From a virus: a stretch of DNA of 64,000 nucleotides. Position numbers and translations under genes: made by a program. The notes beneath the pieces were generated by a model, which saw only the letters and a list, made by a program, of their open reading frames with translations, was not told the origin of the DNA and ran no database searches. Of this stretch, positions 19,324 to 27,865 are shown piece after piece. Position 1 is the stretch's first letter. Every line of letters begins with the position of its first letter. The DNA lies in IMG/VR virus record IMGVR_UViG_3300028844_007948, positions 99,425-163,424 of that record; one strand, 5' to 3'.

Positions 19324-21288
19324 ATGGTTAGTAATATTTATCCTCCAAGTAGCGGTTATCCAAGGCCTAGCTTTAGCCCTAAATCTCCTTCTTCTCCAGG
19401 TAGTATCCCTTCTTCCTTTGGTGGAGCTGGAACTGGTTCTGGTGGAGTTTCTACTCCTAGTGGAGATACAGCTATTGGCGCTGGAGGCTCTGATATGTCT
19501 AGTGGGTCCCCTTCCAATATGGGCACTCCTCGCCCCCCATCCGTTGGCGGTGAGGGCTTTACATCTTTTGGTGGGGGTGGGTCTATAGGAAGTCCTGTCT
19601 CAGGAACAGAAAGTGGTTCTAGTTCTCCTATCAATCGTCCATCCACATCTCCTAGTTCTACCCAGAATTCTGGCGGGCCACCACCTTCTCAAAATAGTGA
19701 GCCGCCACCCAAGTTCCCTGGCTCAAGAGCTACCCCAGGGAAACCTAGTGGCACTTCTAAAGGTCCTGGTGCTACACCTTCTTCCAACGGATTAGGTCAA
19801 AACATGGGCTCTAATATAGGTGTTCCTCCACCACCCTCAGGTTCAACAAGCGGTACTGGTGTAGGTAATGGTAATAGCAGCTCAACAACTCCCACTCCAG
19901 GCTCAAACACTGGCACTGGAGGCGGTTTACAACAGAAACAAAGAACTGGAGCTGGTACAGGATCAGTCTACGTTCCCCCAAAAGAAACACAAGAAACTAG
20001 TTCAAAACAGGAACAGGAAAATTCGGGCAAAAAAAGTGCGGAAGAAATCCAAAAATCAGTTCCGTCACCTAATGGCAACTCAACTAATCCGCCAAAAATA
20101 ATTAAGCCCCCTAATAAGACGGGAAATACAAATACAGACGATCAAATCAATAATGCCACAAAGAATTCTAAAGGTTCTACAGAAGGTTCTGACGGCGCTG
20201 ATTCAGAACAAGGAAGATCGAGAGGTGATATAGAGAATATAAATAACGCTGCAAATGAAGCTCAAAAAGATGCTAAAAATAACCCAAAAACAGATTGCAA
20301 AGATTGTGGCACACCGAAAGGTCCTGGAGAGATAGATGAAGAAGTTGTAGATGGTGTCAATGATATTGCAGATGGAGATCAAGATATAAACACCGACTCT
20401 GAATCAGGAGAAATTATCGTTCCTGGAACAGATCAATTAGATGATGAAAATTCAGATGGAGTAACGACTCCAGAAGAAACTCCAGATTTTATTGAGCCAT
20501 GGGAGTCTTTGGAGTCTAACGAGGATCTTAAGAATTTAAGCTTTACTTATGGAAACAATTATAGTAAGAAAAAAAAGAATCCAGAGGATGTTTATGGGGG
20601 TTATTTTAGCGAATATGCCGATACAGTGGATTCTGTAGCAGATACTGCCCTTGGCGCAGGTAGTGATTTTAGACAAAATCCAAACGAATCTTTGGCAGAT
20701 TCTCTTTTTAGATGGCAGCAAGACCCTAACAGAGATTATGATCCAAGTGGGAAAGCCGATTGGGTCGTCACAGGAAGGGGTAGTATGCAGAGTTATTTGC
20801 ACACTAAAGGTTATAATACTTATGGCGCGCAGAATGATTTTGGAAATGATAGTGCTACTGGGCCAGCTTTCGGACTCAAAGATAGCAAAACAACTTCTAG
20901 TAACAATGTTAATCTGATAAATGCAGAGCTAGCGTTTGGTGCCAGAAATATGGGGGATAATGGGGACCTGCAAGGTATGAGTGCTAGTTTAGCATACGCA
21001 GGTCCTATTGGGGCAGGTTCCAGTGATTTTAGTGACTTTGCAGGAATTCAGCCTAGTTACAGTGCTTCTGTAGCATTCAGTGTTAGCTCGAAAGATCTCA
21101 GCCCCTTAAATGCACCAGGAAAGTTAATTGATGCTGCTGTTGATCTCACCACTCAATTGGGAAGTCAAGTATCCAGTAATTTTAGAAACAAAGGGGCTAT
21201 TGAAGCAGCGGGAGACTTAGCAAAAGGATCTCTTAAAGCCGCAGGGAAAATAGGTCTGGGTCTTTTGGCTGGAGGCTGGGAGTTTTAA
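19324..21288 (+). CDS. Pro/Ser/Gly-rich low-complexity protein
   Basis: About 330 aa of PSGT-rich disordered sequence, a CKDC motif, an acidic middle and a Gly/Ala-rich C-terminus. Confidence 0.7.
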   Translation: MVSNIYPPSSGYPRPSFSPKSPSSPGSIPSSFGGAGTGSGGVSTPSGDTAIGAGGSDMSSGSPSNMGTPRPPSVGGEGFTSFGGGGSIGSPVSGTESGSSSPINRPSTSPSSTQNSGGPPPSQNSEPPPKFPGSRATPGKPSGTSKGPGATPSSNGLGQNMGSNIGVPPPPSGSTSGTGVGNGNSSSTTPTPGSNTGTGGGLQQKQRTGAGTGSVYVPPKETQETSSKQEQENSGKKSAEEIQKSVPSPNGNSTNPPKIIKPPNKTGNTNTDDQINNATKNSKGSTEGSDGADSEQGRSRGDIENINNAANEAQKDAKNNPKTDCKDCGTPKGPGEIDEEVVDGVNDIADGDQDINTDSESGEIIVPGTDQLDDENSDGVTTPEETPDFIEPWESLESNEDLKNLSFTYGNNYSKKKKNPEDVYGGYFSEYADTVDSVADTALGAGSDFRQNPNESLADSLFRWQQDPNRDYDPSGKADWVVTGRGSMQSYLHTKGYNTYGAQNDFGNDSATGPAFGLKDSKTTSSNNVNLINAELAFGARNMGDNGDLQGMSASLAYAGPIGAGSSDFSDFAGIQPSYSASVAFSVSSKDLSPLNAPGKLIDAAVDLTTQLGSQVSSNFRNKGAIEAAGDLAKGSLKAAGKIGLGLLAGGWEF

Positions 21289-21298
21289 TCTAGCAAGT

Positions 21299-21562
21299 AT
21301 GCGCAAAAGGGTTAAAGCTTCTATTGATCTAAGGTTAAATTCAGATTCTATTAGCTCTGTAGATTTATTAGAAAAATTTCTTGATCCAGAAAATAGGTTT
21401 AATTCTTTTATACCTTTTAATTGTAATGGTAGGTCAAATCCCCCTCAGAAAATAGATGTTGGCTCAGAGCTTCCTATAGACACGGATGTAAATACTAATT
21501 TTGAAAATAGTTTTAGGATATTTGAAAGATATAAGATAAAGAAAAAGAAGAAAGAAGAATAA
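21299..21562 (+). CDS. Hypothetical protein
   Basis: 87-aa ORF at operon-like spacing. Confidence 0.55.
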   Translation: MRKRVKASIDLRLNSDSISSVDLLEKFLDPENRFNSFIPFNCNGRSNPPQKIDVGSELPIDTDVNTNFENSFRIFERYKIKKKKKEE

Positions 21563-21563
21563 A

Positions 21564-22790
21564 ATGAAATATTTTTTACTTAGCTCTGCATTGTCTCTTT
21601 CAGCGATAGCTGCTTATTTTAGCATAATTGGTTTGTCTACTATTTTTCCAGGTTCAATAGTTTCTATTGTGGTGATGGCTGTAGCATTAGAGGTTGCTAA
21701 AATAGTTGTCGCTGTCTGGGCTCACCAAAATTGGAAAAAGATATCAATCTTAACTAGGGCTTATTTGTCTTTTTCGGTCTTTATTCTTATGGCAATAACG
21801 AGTGCAGGAATCTTTGGTTTCTTAAGTAAATCTCACATTGAACATTCTTCAAGTGTTTCTTTTGCAGAGCAAAACATAAAAGAAATAGATAGAAAAATAT
21901 TACTAGAAGAAGAGTCTATAGATCGTCAAAAATCTTTTATAATAGAAAAAAAGTCAGTACAAAAATTTTCAGAAGATAAAAATTCAAAAATTATAGAACA
22001 GCTTTCGGCAAATATTGAGTTGATATATTCTAGGTTAGATGAAGATATAAAAGAATTAAATTCAAAAATTGATAAGCATCAGTCTAGATTAATTTTTATG
22101 GATGAGCAGCTTCAAGATCTAAGAAATCAAAAAACAGGCTTTTTCTCTAGTAACTCAAAAAAAATAAAAGACTTAGAGGTTTCTCAGTTAGAGGAAAGAG
22201 AATACATTAGCTCTCAACTAAAAATTTTAAATGATTCTATTATTGAATTAAGGAGATCTTCAACTATCAAAGTTGACGATATTAATAACGAAATAAGATC
22301 TTTACAAAACTCAAAAATAGAAATCGATCAAACAGATCTTGATTTAATATCGACGTATGAGTCTAAGATTAAAGATAGCCTGTCTAATATAGAAGTTTTA
22401 AATTTAGAAAAATTTAAATTAGAAAGTGACAACCTCAAAATAGAGAACGAACTTGGTCCAGTTAAATATATAGCTGAATTAATTAAAGACTTTGGTGGGC
22501 CAAATTTAAATACTGCTGGATCTATAAGGCTTGTTATAATCTTTATAGTTTGTGTTTTTGACCCTTTAGCTATTGTAATGGTTATATGTGCTTCTAATTC
22601 TTTTAAAAAGAAAAATAAAACCAAAGAGGTTGAGGTGAAAAAAGAAAGCCTTGAAGAAGAAATGTTAAGGCTTGTGCCTGAGACAGCAAAGGAACCTAAA
22701 GCCACAGAGAAACCTAAAGCCACAGAGAAACCTGATGATTTTATTGAGAAAAACGGCTTTATATACAAAGTCCCTAAAAATAAAAAATAA
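21564..22790 (+). CDS. Membrane protein with long coiled coil
   Basis: Three N-terminal TMs (AYFSIIGL, LEVAK, ITSAGIFGFLSK), coiled coil, GPVKYIA, VFDPLAI. Confidence 0.75.
   Translation: MKYFLLSSALSLSAIAAYFSIIGLSTIFPGSIVSIVVMAVALEVAKIVVAVWAHQNWKKISILTRAYLSFSVFILMAITSAGIFGFLSKSHIEHSSSVSFAEQNIKEIDRKILLEEESIDRQKSFIIEKKSVQKFSEDKNSKIIEQLSANIELIYSRLDEDIKELNSKIDKHQSRLIFMDEQLQDLRNQKTGFFSSNSKKIKDLEVSQLEEREYISSQLKILNDSIIELRRSSTIKVDDINNEIRSLQNSKIEIDQTDLDLISTYESKIKDSLSNIEVLNLEKFKLESDNLKIENELGPVKYIAELIKDFGGPNLNTAGSIRLVIIFIVCVFDPLAIVMVICASNSFKKKNKTKEVEVKKESLEEEMLRLVPETAKEPKATEKPKATEKPDDFIEKNGFIYKVPKNKK
22693..22733 (+). repeat. 18-bp in-frame tandem repeat (2.3 copies)
   Basis: aacctaaagccacagaga x2 + aacct, encoding PKATEK PKATEK P. 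Confidence 0.9.
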
Positions 22791-22828
22791 AACTTGTTTT
22801 TTCGGCCTACCGATGCATGCTATAATGC

Positions 22829-23569
22829 ATGATACCTTTATTTAAGTCTGATTTTTCAATAGGCAAAAGTATACTTAGGTTAGATAAAAGATCTTTCGAG
22901 GAGGAGTCTGATTCAAATATATTTAAAATTTTATCAGATAGTAAAGAGAAAAACCTTGTTTTAGTAGAGGATACTATGATAGGCTTTTTGGAAGCTTATA
23001 ATAATTCATTAGAACTTGGTTTTAATTTAATATTTGGAGTGAATATTCTTTGTAATTCTTCGATTAACCCTCAAGAAAAAGATAAATATATAATTTTTGC
23101 GAGAAATGAGCATGGATGTAAAATTTTAAATAAAATATATAGCTTTATACATTCAGAGAGGAATGGCTCTATAGATTTACCTGATTTAAAAAAGTTCTGG
23201 ACTGAAGATTTAGTTTTATATGTGCCTTTTTATGATTCGTTTATCTATAATAACTTCATGTATTTTTCTGAAAGTGCTCCAGATTTAAGCTTCTTTAATC
23301 CTTGTTTTTTTATACAAGATAACGGTTTACCTTTTGATTTAATGTTAAAAGAGATGGTGGAAAATTATATAAATTTTAATAATTACAAATCTATTTTGAG
23401 CAAAAGTATTTATTATAATAAAAAAAATGATTTTTCGGCATATCAAGTTTATAAATGTTTATGCTCTAGAAATTTCTCTCAAAATTCATCTTTAGAAAAG
23501 CCCAACCTAGATCATTGTTCTAGCGATGAATTCTCTTATGAAAGTTATTTGCAGTATGAAAGCTCTTAA
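22829..23569 (+). CDS. Stand-alone PHP domain of DNA polymerase III alpha (degenerate)
   Basis: KSDFSIGKS (cf. HTEYSLLDG), LVEDTMIGF, LIFGV, IFARNEHGCKILNKIYS; metal-binding His residues absent. Confidence 0.75.
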   Translation: MIPLFKSDFSIGKSILRLDKRSFEEESDSNIFKILSDSKEKNLVLVEDTMIGFLEAYNNSLELGFNLIFGVNILCNSSINPQEKDKYIIFARNEHGCKILNKIYSFIHSERNGSIDLPDLKKFWTEDLVLYVPFYDSFIYNNFMYFSESAPDLSFFNPCFFIQDNGLPFDLMLKEMVENYINFNNYKSILSKSIYYNKKNDFSAYQVYKCLCSRNFSQNSSLEKPNLDHCSSDEFSYESYLQYESS

Positions 23570-24515
23570 ATATTCAGATATTTGTTTAATACCAAATTAC
23601 AGTGAAGTACACAGCAGGGTTGACTGTGATGCTTCTGTAAATCTTTTTGGAAAAAAATTTCTATTACCGATTATTCCTGCGAATATGAAATCCGTAATAG
23701 ATATGCGTACATGTGAGTGGATGAGCTCACATGGCTTTTTCTACATTATGCATCGCTTTGATCGTGATTTAGCTGAAGATGTTGCCAATGCTCAAGAGTG
23801 GGATAACATTTCATTTAGTGTCGGAGTTAAGATGCAAGATAAGATGGCTATTCAAAAAATCAGCAAGAGAGGCCATCGAGTTGATTACTTAACTATCGAT
23901 ATTGCTCACGGTTATTGCCAGCGAATGAAGTCAACTATTGAATGTATAAAAAAACATCTCCCAGATACAAAAATTATTGCTGGGAATGTTGCTACTTCTG
24001 ATGCGGTAAGGCAATTATCTAATTGGGGAGCTGACATTGTAAAAGTTGGAATTGGTCAAGGCTCTCCATGTACCACTAAAGATAAGACGGGATTCACTAT
24101 GCCTATGTTCACTTGCGTTCAACAATGCTCTCAAATTTCCTCGAATCACATAGATAGTGTTCCAATCATTGCTGATGGTGGTATTCGCTGTAATGGTGAT
24201 GTAGCTAAAGCTTTAGTTGCTGGAGCTACCATGGCAATGGCTGGCAGCTTGTTTGCTGCTTGCACCGATAGTCCTGCTTCAGTTATTACTATTAACGGTC
24301 TTGAGCATAAAGCTTATTTTGGCTCTGCTAGTATTGAAAACAAAGGACACAACAACAATGTAGAGGGTAAATTAAATCAAATACCAAACAGTGGAATGAC
24401 TTATGGTGAAAAATTAAACGAAATCACCCAAGACCTCCAGAGTTCTATTAGTTATGCTGGTGGTCAAACACTATCTTGCTTGGCTCCACGTGAAGTTAAA
24501 TATTATGAAGTATGA
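23556..24515 (+). CDS. guaC: GMP reductase
   Basis: PANMKSVID, YIMHRF, IDIAHG, IAGNV, KVGIGQGSPCTT, IIADGGI, YFGSAS, DLQSSISYAGG. Confidence 0.9.
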   Translation: MKALKYSDICLIPNYSEVHSRVDCDASVNLFGKKFLLPIIPANMKSVIDMRTCEWMSSHGFFYIMHRFDRDLAEDVANAQEWDNISFSVGVKMQDKMAIQKISKRGHRVDYLTIDIAHGYCQRMKSTIECIKKHLPDTKIIAGNVATSDAVRQLSNWGADIVKVGIGQGSPCTTKDKTGFTMPMFTCVQQCSQISSNHIDSVPIIADGGIRCNGDVAKALVAGATMAMAGSLFAACTDSPASVITINGLEHKAYFGSASIENKGHNNNVEGKLNQIPNSGMTYGEKLNEITQDLQSSISYAGGQTLSCLAPREVKYYEV

Positions 24516-24682
24516 ATAAGAAAAAATTAAAATTAATTAAAAGTATAATCTCCTATGATGAGTCTATAGAAGAGCATAAGAGAGCACTTAGGGTGATTAA
24601 GAAGGCTTACGATAAAACCCCATCTAATCTAAAGTCTCAATTCATAGCAGAAGTTAAGGAAACTTTTAAAATCGATGAATGA
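24512..24682 (+). CDS. Small hypothetical protein (56 aa, not in ORF track)
   Basis: ATGA overlap with the guaC stop; MNKKKLKLIKSII...FKIDE* overlaps the next start. Confidence 0.6.
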   Translation: MNKKKLKLIKSIISYDESIEEHKRALRVIKKAYDKTPSNLKSQFIAEVKETFKIDE

Positions 24683-25316
24683 AAATTTACTTAGATTCAA
24701 AAAAGATCAAAAATTTCTTGTCTTTGATTATGAAACTTGCAACTTAAACTTAAGTAGTTTTGAAAATAAACCTTGGCAAATTGGTTTCATTTTGTTAAAA
24801 GGGTCGAATGTAATAAATAAATATAATTTACTTATTGGTTGGGATGATTTAAATATTTCTTCAGATGCTGCGAGAATAACTAATTTTTCCAAATCAAAAT
24901 ATGAAAAAGAAAAAAAGGATGCTTCTTATTGTTTAGATCTTTTCGATAAATATCTTTATGACGAAAGTTATCTTGTAGTGGGTCACAACATTCTCGGTTT
25001 TGACATTTTCATGCATAATATACATCGGAAACTTTGCGGTAAACCTACGGATTATTCTTATATTGATAGGGCCATTGATACTAACTGCCTAGCCCGTGCT
25101 GTCAAGAATGACATTCATTACAATGATTCAATTAATTTAATATCCTGGCAATACAAATTGCTTAATTACAGAAAAAGAGGTGTTAAAACTAATTTAAAAC
25201 AATTATGTAAGGATTATTCTATTGATTTTGATGACTCAATGTTGCATGATGCTCTTTATGATGTCGAAAAAACTTCAGAAGTTCTACAAAAAATGTTATG
25301 GCAGCTAGAAATATAG
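24675..25316 (+). CDS. dnaQ: DEDDh 3'-5' exonuclease (Pol III epsilon-like)
   Basis: VFDYET, VGHNILGFD, IDT, LHDALYDV. Confidence 0.85.
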   Translation: MNENLLRFKKDQKFLVFDYETCNLNLSSFENKPWQIGFILLKGSNVINKYNLLIGWDDLNISSDAARITNFSKSKYEKEKKDASYCLDLFDKYLYDESYLVVGHNILGFDIFMHNIHRKLCGKPTDYSYIDRAIDTNCLARAVKNDIHYNDSINLISWQYKLLNYRKRGVKTNLKQLCKDYSIDFDDSMLHDALYDVEKTSEVLQKMLWQLEI

Positions 25317-27865
25317 ATCTTAATTTCCTTAATCAATTTTCTTCTTACGAAGGTTGCATACCTCCAGGGGTTAGACTTCCAGAGATTAAAATTGAATCAA
25401 AATATTATAAGAAACTAAATTTAAAAAATACAATATCTAATTTTGATTTCCTTAAAAATATTTGTGAAGAATCTTTGTTAAAAAAGTCTATTCAAAAAAA
25501 TAAACTATCACAATACCAAGAAAGACTTGATTACGAGCTTAATACATTAAATGATTTAGGTTTCGTAGATTATATTTTGCTGAATTGGGATATAATTAAT
25601 TTTTGTTACGAAAATAATATCCCTACTGGTCCAGGCAGGGGTTCTGCCGCAGGAAGTCTAATTTTATATTTAATAGGGGTGACAAAGGTTGATCCTATTA
25701 AATATGATTTGTTTTTCGAGAGGTTTGTTTCGAAAAGTAGAGCTAGAAAGATAGAAAAAGATGGAGTAGTATATTTAGATGGAAGCCTTCTCGCTGATAT
25801 TGATAATGATATAGCTTATGAGCATAGGCAATCAGTAATATCTTATATAGAAAAAAAATACCCATCAAGAACTGCAAAAATCCTTACCCTTAATACTCTT
25901 AGTGGTAAATTATGTATTAAAGAATGTTCTAAAATAGTAGCTCAAGTATCAGAGCAGGATGCAAATTTCTTAAGTGACACTATACCAAAGCAATATGGAA
26001 ATGTCGCTAAACTTTCAGATGCATATAATGAAAGTGAAAAATTCAAAAGTTTTTGTGATAAAAATCCAAAAGTTTATGATATTTCCCTAAAACTAGAAGG
26101 TCTAAAGAAAAACACGGGCATTCATCCTTCTGGAATCGCCATTTGCTTTGAGGAGATATCAAACATATGTCCAGTTCAAAAATCTAACGATGGCTCCTTG
26201 GTTACTGGGTATGACATGAATTGGGTTTCAGAACTAATGGTTAAGTTTGATATACTCGGTTTAAGAACTTTGTCTGCTATTTATTCTTCTTGCGAAAGAC
26301 TTGGTATTGACCCTTCAGAAATAGATCTTGACTCTAAATATATTTATGAAAATCTAGATGACTTAAGAACTCCTCATGGCCTATTTCAAATCGAGGCTAG
26401 TGCTAATTATATGGTTTGCAAAAAAATTAGACCTACTAGTTTAGAACAGTTGAGTGCTGTTATAGCCATTGCTAGGCCTGGAGCTATGGACTTCGCAGAT
26501 TCATATAAAAATTATAGAGAATCTGGAGATCATCAAAGTGTTGATGAGTTTTTTGATGATGTCCTGTCTTATACTGGTGGCATACCTCTTTACCAAGAGC
26601 AATTAATGAAGATGGCAGTAAAAGTAGGCTTTAGTTTAGAAGAATCTGAACAACTAAGAAGGATTGTTGGCAAAAAGAAGGTTAAAGAAATGCCGAAGTG
26701 GAAAAAGAAAATAGAAAAAAAAGTTAAATCAAATAAACTTTCCGAAAAAGTTGGAGATGTTTTATGGAAAGTTGCAGAGGATAGTGCTAACTATTCTTTC
26801 AATAAGAGTCATTCTATTTCATATTCAATACTAGCAGCTTGGACGATATATCTAAAGTTCAAATATCCAAAAGAATTTTTTCTTAGTCTACTTAGGATGA
26901 CTAAATATGAACCTTCTCCGCAAGACGAGATTAATAAAGTTTCTCAAGAGTTACCCCATTTCGGAATAAAACTATTAGCTCCAGACTTAGCTGTATCTGA
27001 AATGGATTTTAGTACAGAAGGCGATGATATAAGATTTGGTCTTAATAGTATAAAAGGAATTAGCGAAAAATCTTTAGAGAGATTAAAAGAGTTTAGAAGC
27101 TCTTCTAAGCCGAATAAGTACGACACTTTTCTTGCTGCAAAAGAGTCTGGCCTAAATATAGGAGTTCTTTCTGCATTGATCCAAGCTGGAGCCTTATCAT
27201 CTTTTAAAACTAATCGACCACGGCTAGTTCTAGAGGCTCAAGTTTTTAATTTACTTACAGATAGAGAGAAAAGAATATTTATAAATTCCGCAAAGAAATA
27301 TAATTATGATATCCTCAACTCTATTCATGATGCGGTACAGAATAAACTAGTAGGAGACGATAACAAACCAATTATGAAGGATAGTAGGTTTGAAACTTTA
27401 AAATCTAAATATCGCTCATATAAATCTATATACGAAAAAAATAAAAAGTATGAAGATTTTGCGAATTGGTTTTTTGAAAAAACTTTATTAGGTTTTAGTT
27501 ACAGTAAGAATCTTTCAGATTGTTTCGGTCTTAATAGAAACTTTAAAAACTCCTTATTTTTTAATTCTTGTGAGCTTGGAGACAAAGGTAAATACATAGG
27601 TGTGGTTGAAGATGTCATATCCAGAAAGAGCAAGAAAAATAATCAATATGTAAAAATGACTATAGGGGATGAATACGGAAGATACGAAGCTCTTCTTTTA
27701 GACGGAAGGGAAAAATCTCTAACTAAGTTTTTGTCTAAAAATCAGACTCCAGAAAAAAATAATATAATTATATTGCTTGGCTCAAAAGGGGAAGATATAT
27801 TATTTGTCAATGAAGCATCTATTATTGATGAAAAAATTTATATGAAACTTTCTGATATAAAATAA
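25298..27865 (+). CDS. dnaE: DNA polymerase III alpha catalytic core (lacks PHP)
   Basis: GRGSAAGS, LFFERF, ADIDND, HPSG, KFDILGL, RPG, YQEQ, YSFNKSH, IRFGL, C-terminal OB fold. Confidence 0.93.
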   Translation: MAARNIDLNFLNQFSSYEGCIPPGVRLPEIKIESKYYKKLNLKNTISNFDFLKNICEESLLKKSIQKNKLSQYQERLDYELNTLNDLGFVDYILLNWDIINFCYENNIPTGPGRGSAAGSLILYLIGVTKVDPIKYDLFFERFVSKSRARKIEKDGVVYLDGSLLADIDNDIAYEHRQSVISYIEKKYPSRTAKILTLNTLSGKLCIKECSKIVAQVSEQDANFLSDTIPKQYGNVAKLSDAYNESEKFKSFCDKNPKVYDISLKLEGLKKNTGIHPSGIAICFEEISNICPVQKSNDGSLVTGYDMNWVSELMVKFDILGLRTLSAIYSSCERLGIDPSEIDLDSKYIYENLDDLRTPHGLFQIEASANYMVCKKIRPTSLEQLSAVIAIARPGAMDFADSYKNYRESGDHQSVDEFFDDVLSYTGGIPLYQEQLMKMAVKVGFSLEESEQLRRIVGKKKVKEMPKWKKKIEKKVKSNKLSEKVGDVLWKVAEDSANYSFNKSHSISYSILAAWTIYLKFKYPKEFFLSLLRMTKYEPSPQDEINKVSQELPHFGIKLLAPDLAVSEMDFSTEGDDIRFGLNSIKGISEKSLERLKEFRSSSKPNKYDTFLAAKESGLNIGVLSALIQAGALSSFKTNRPRLVLEAQVFNLLTDREKRIFINSAKKYNYDILNSIHDAVQNKLVGDDNKPIMKDSRFETLKSKYRSYKSIYEKNKKYEDFANWFFEKTLLGFSYSKNLSDCFGLNRNFKNSLFFNSCELGDKGKYIGVVEDVISRKSKKNNQYVKMTIGDEYGRYEALLLDGREKSLTKFLSKNQTPEKNNIIILLGSKGEDILFVNEASIIDEKIYMKLSDIK

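Noticed and set aside
4043-27865. Inteins or introns in nrdA, recA, dnaB or dnaE
   Set aside because: Protein lengths are normal and no splicing motifs were seen, including at the dnaE split
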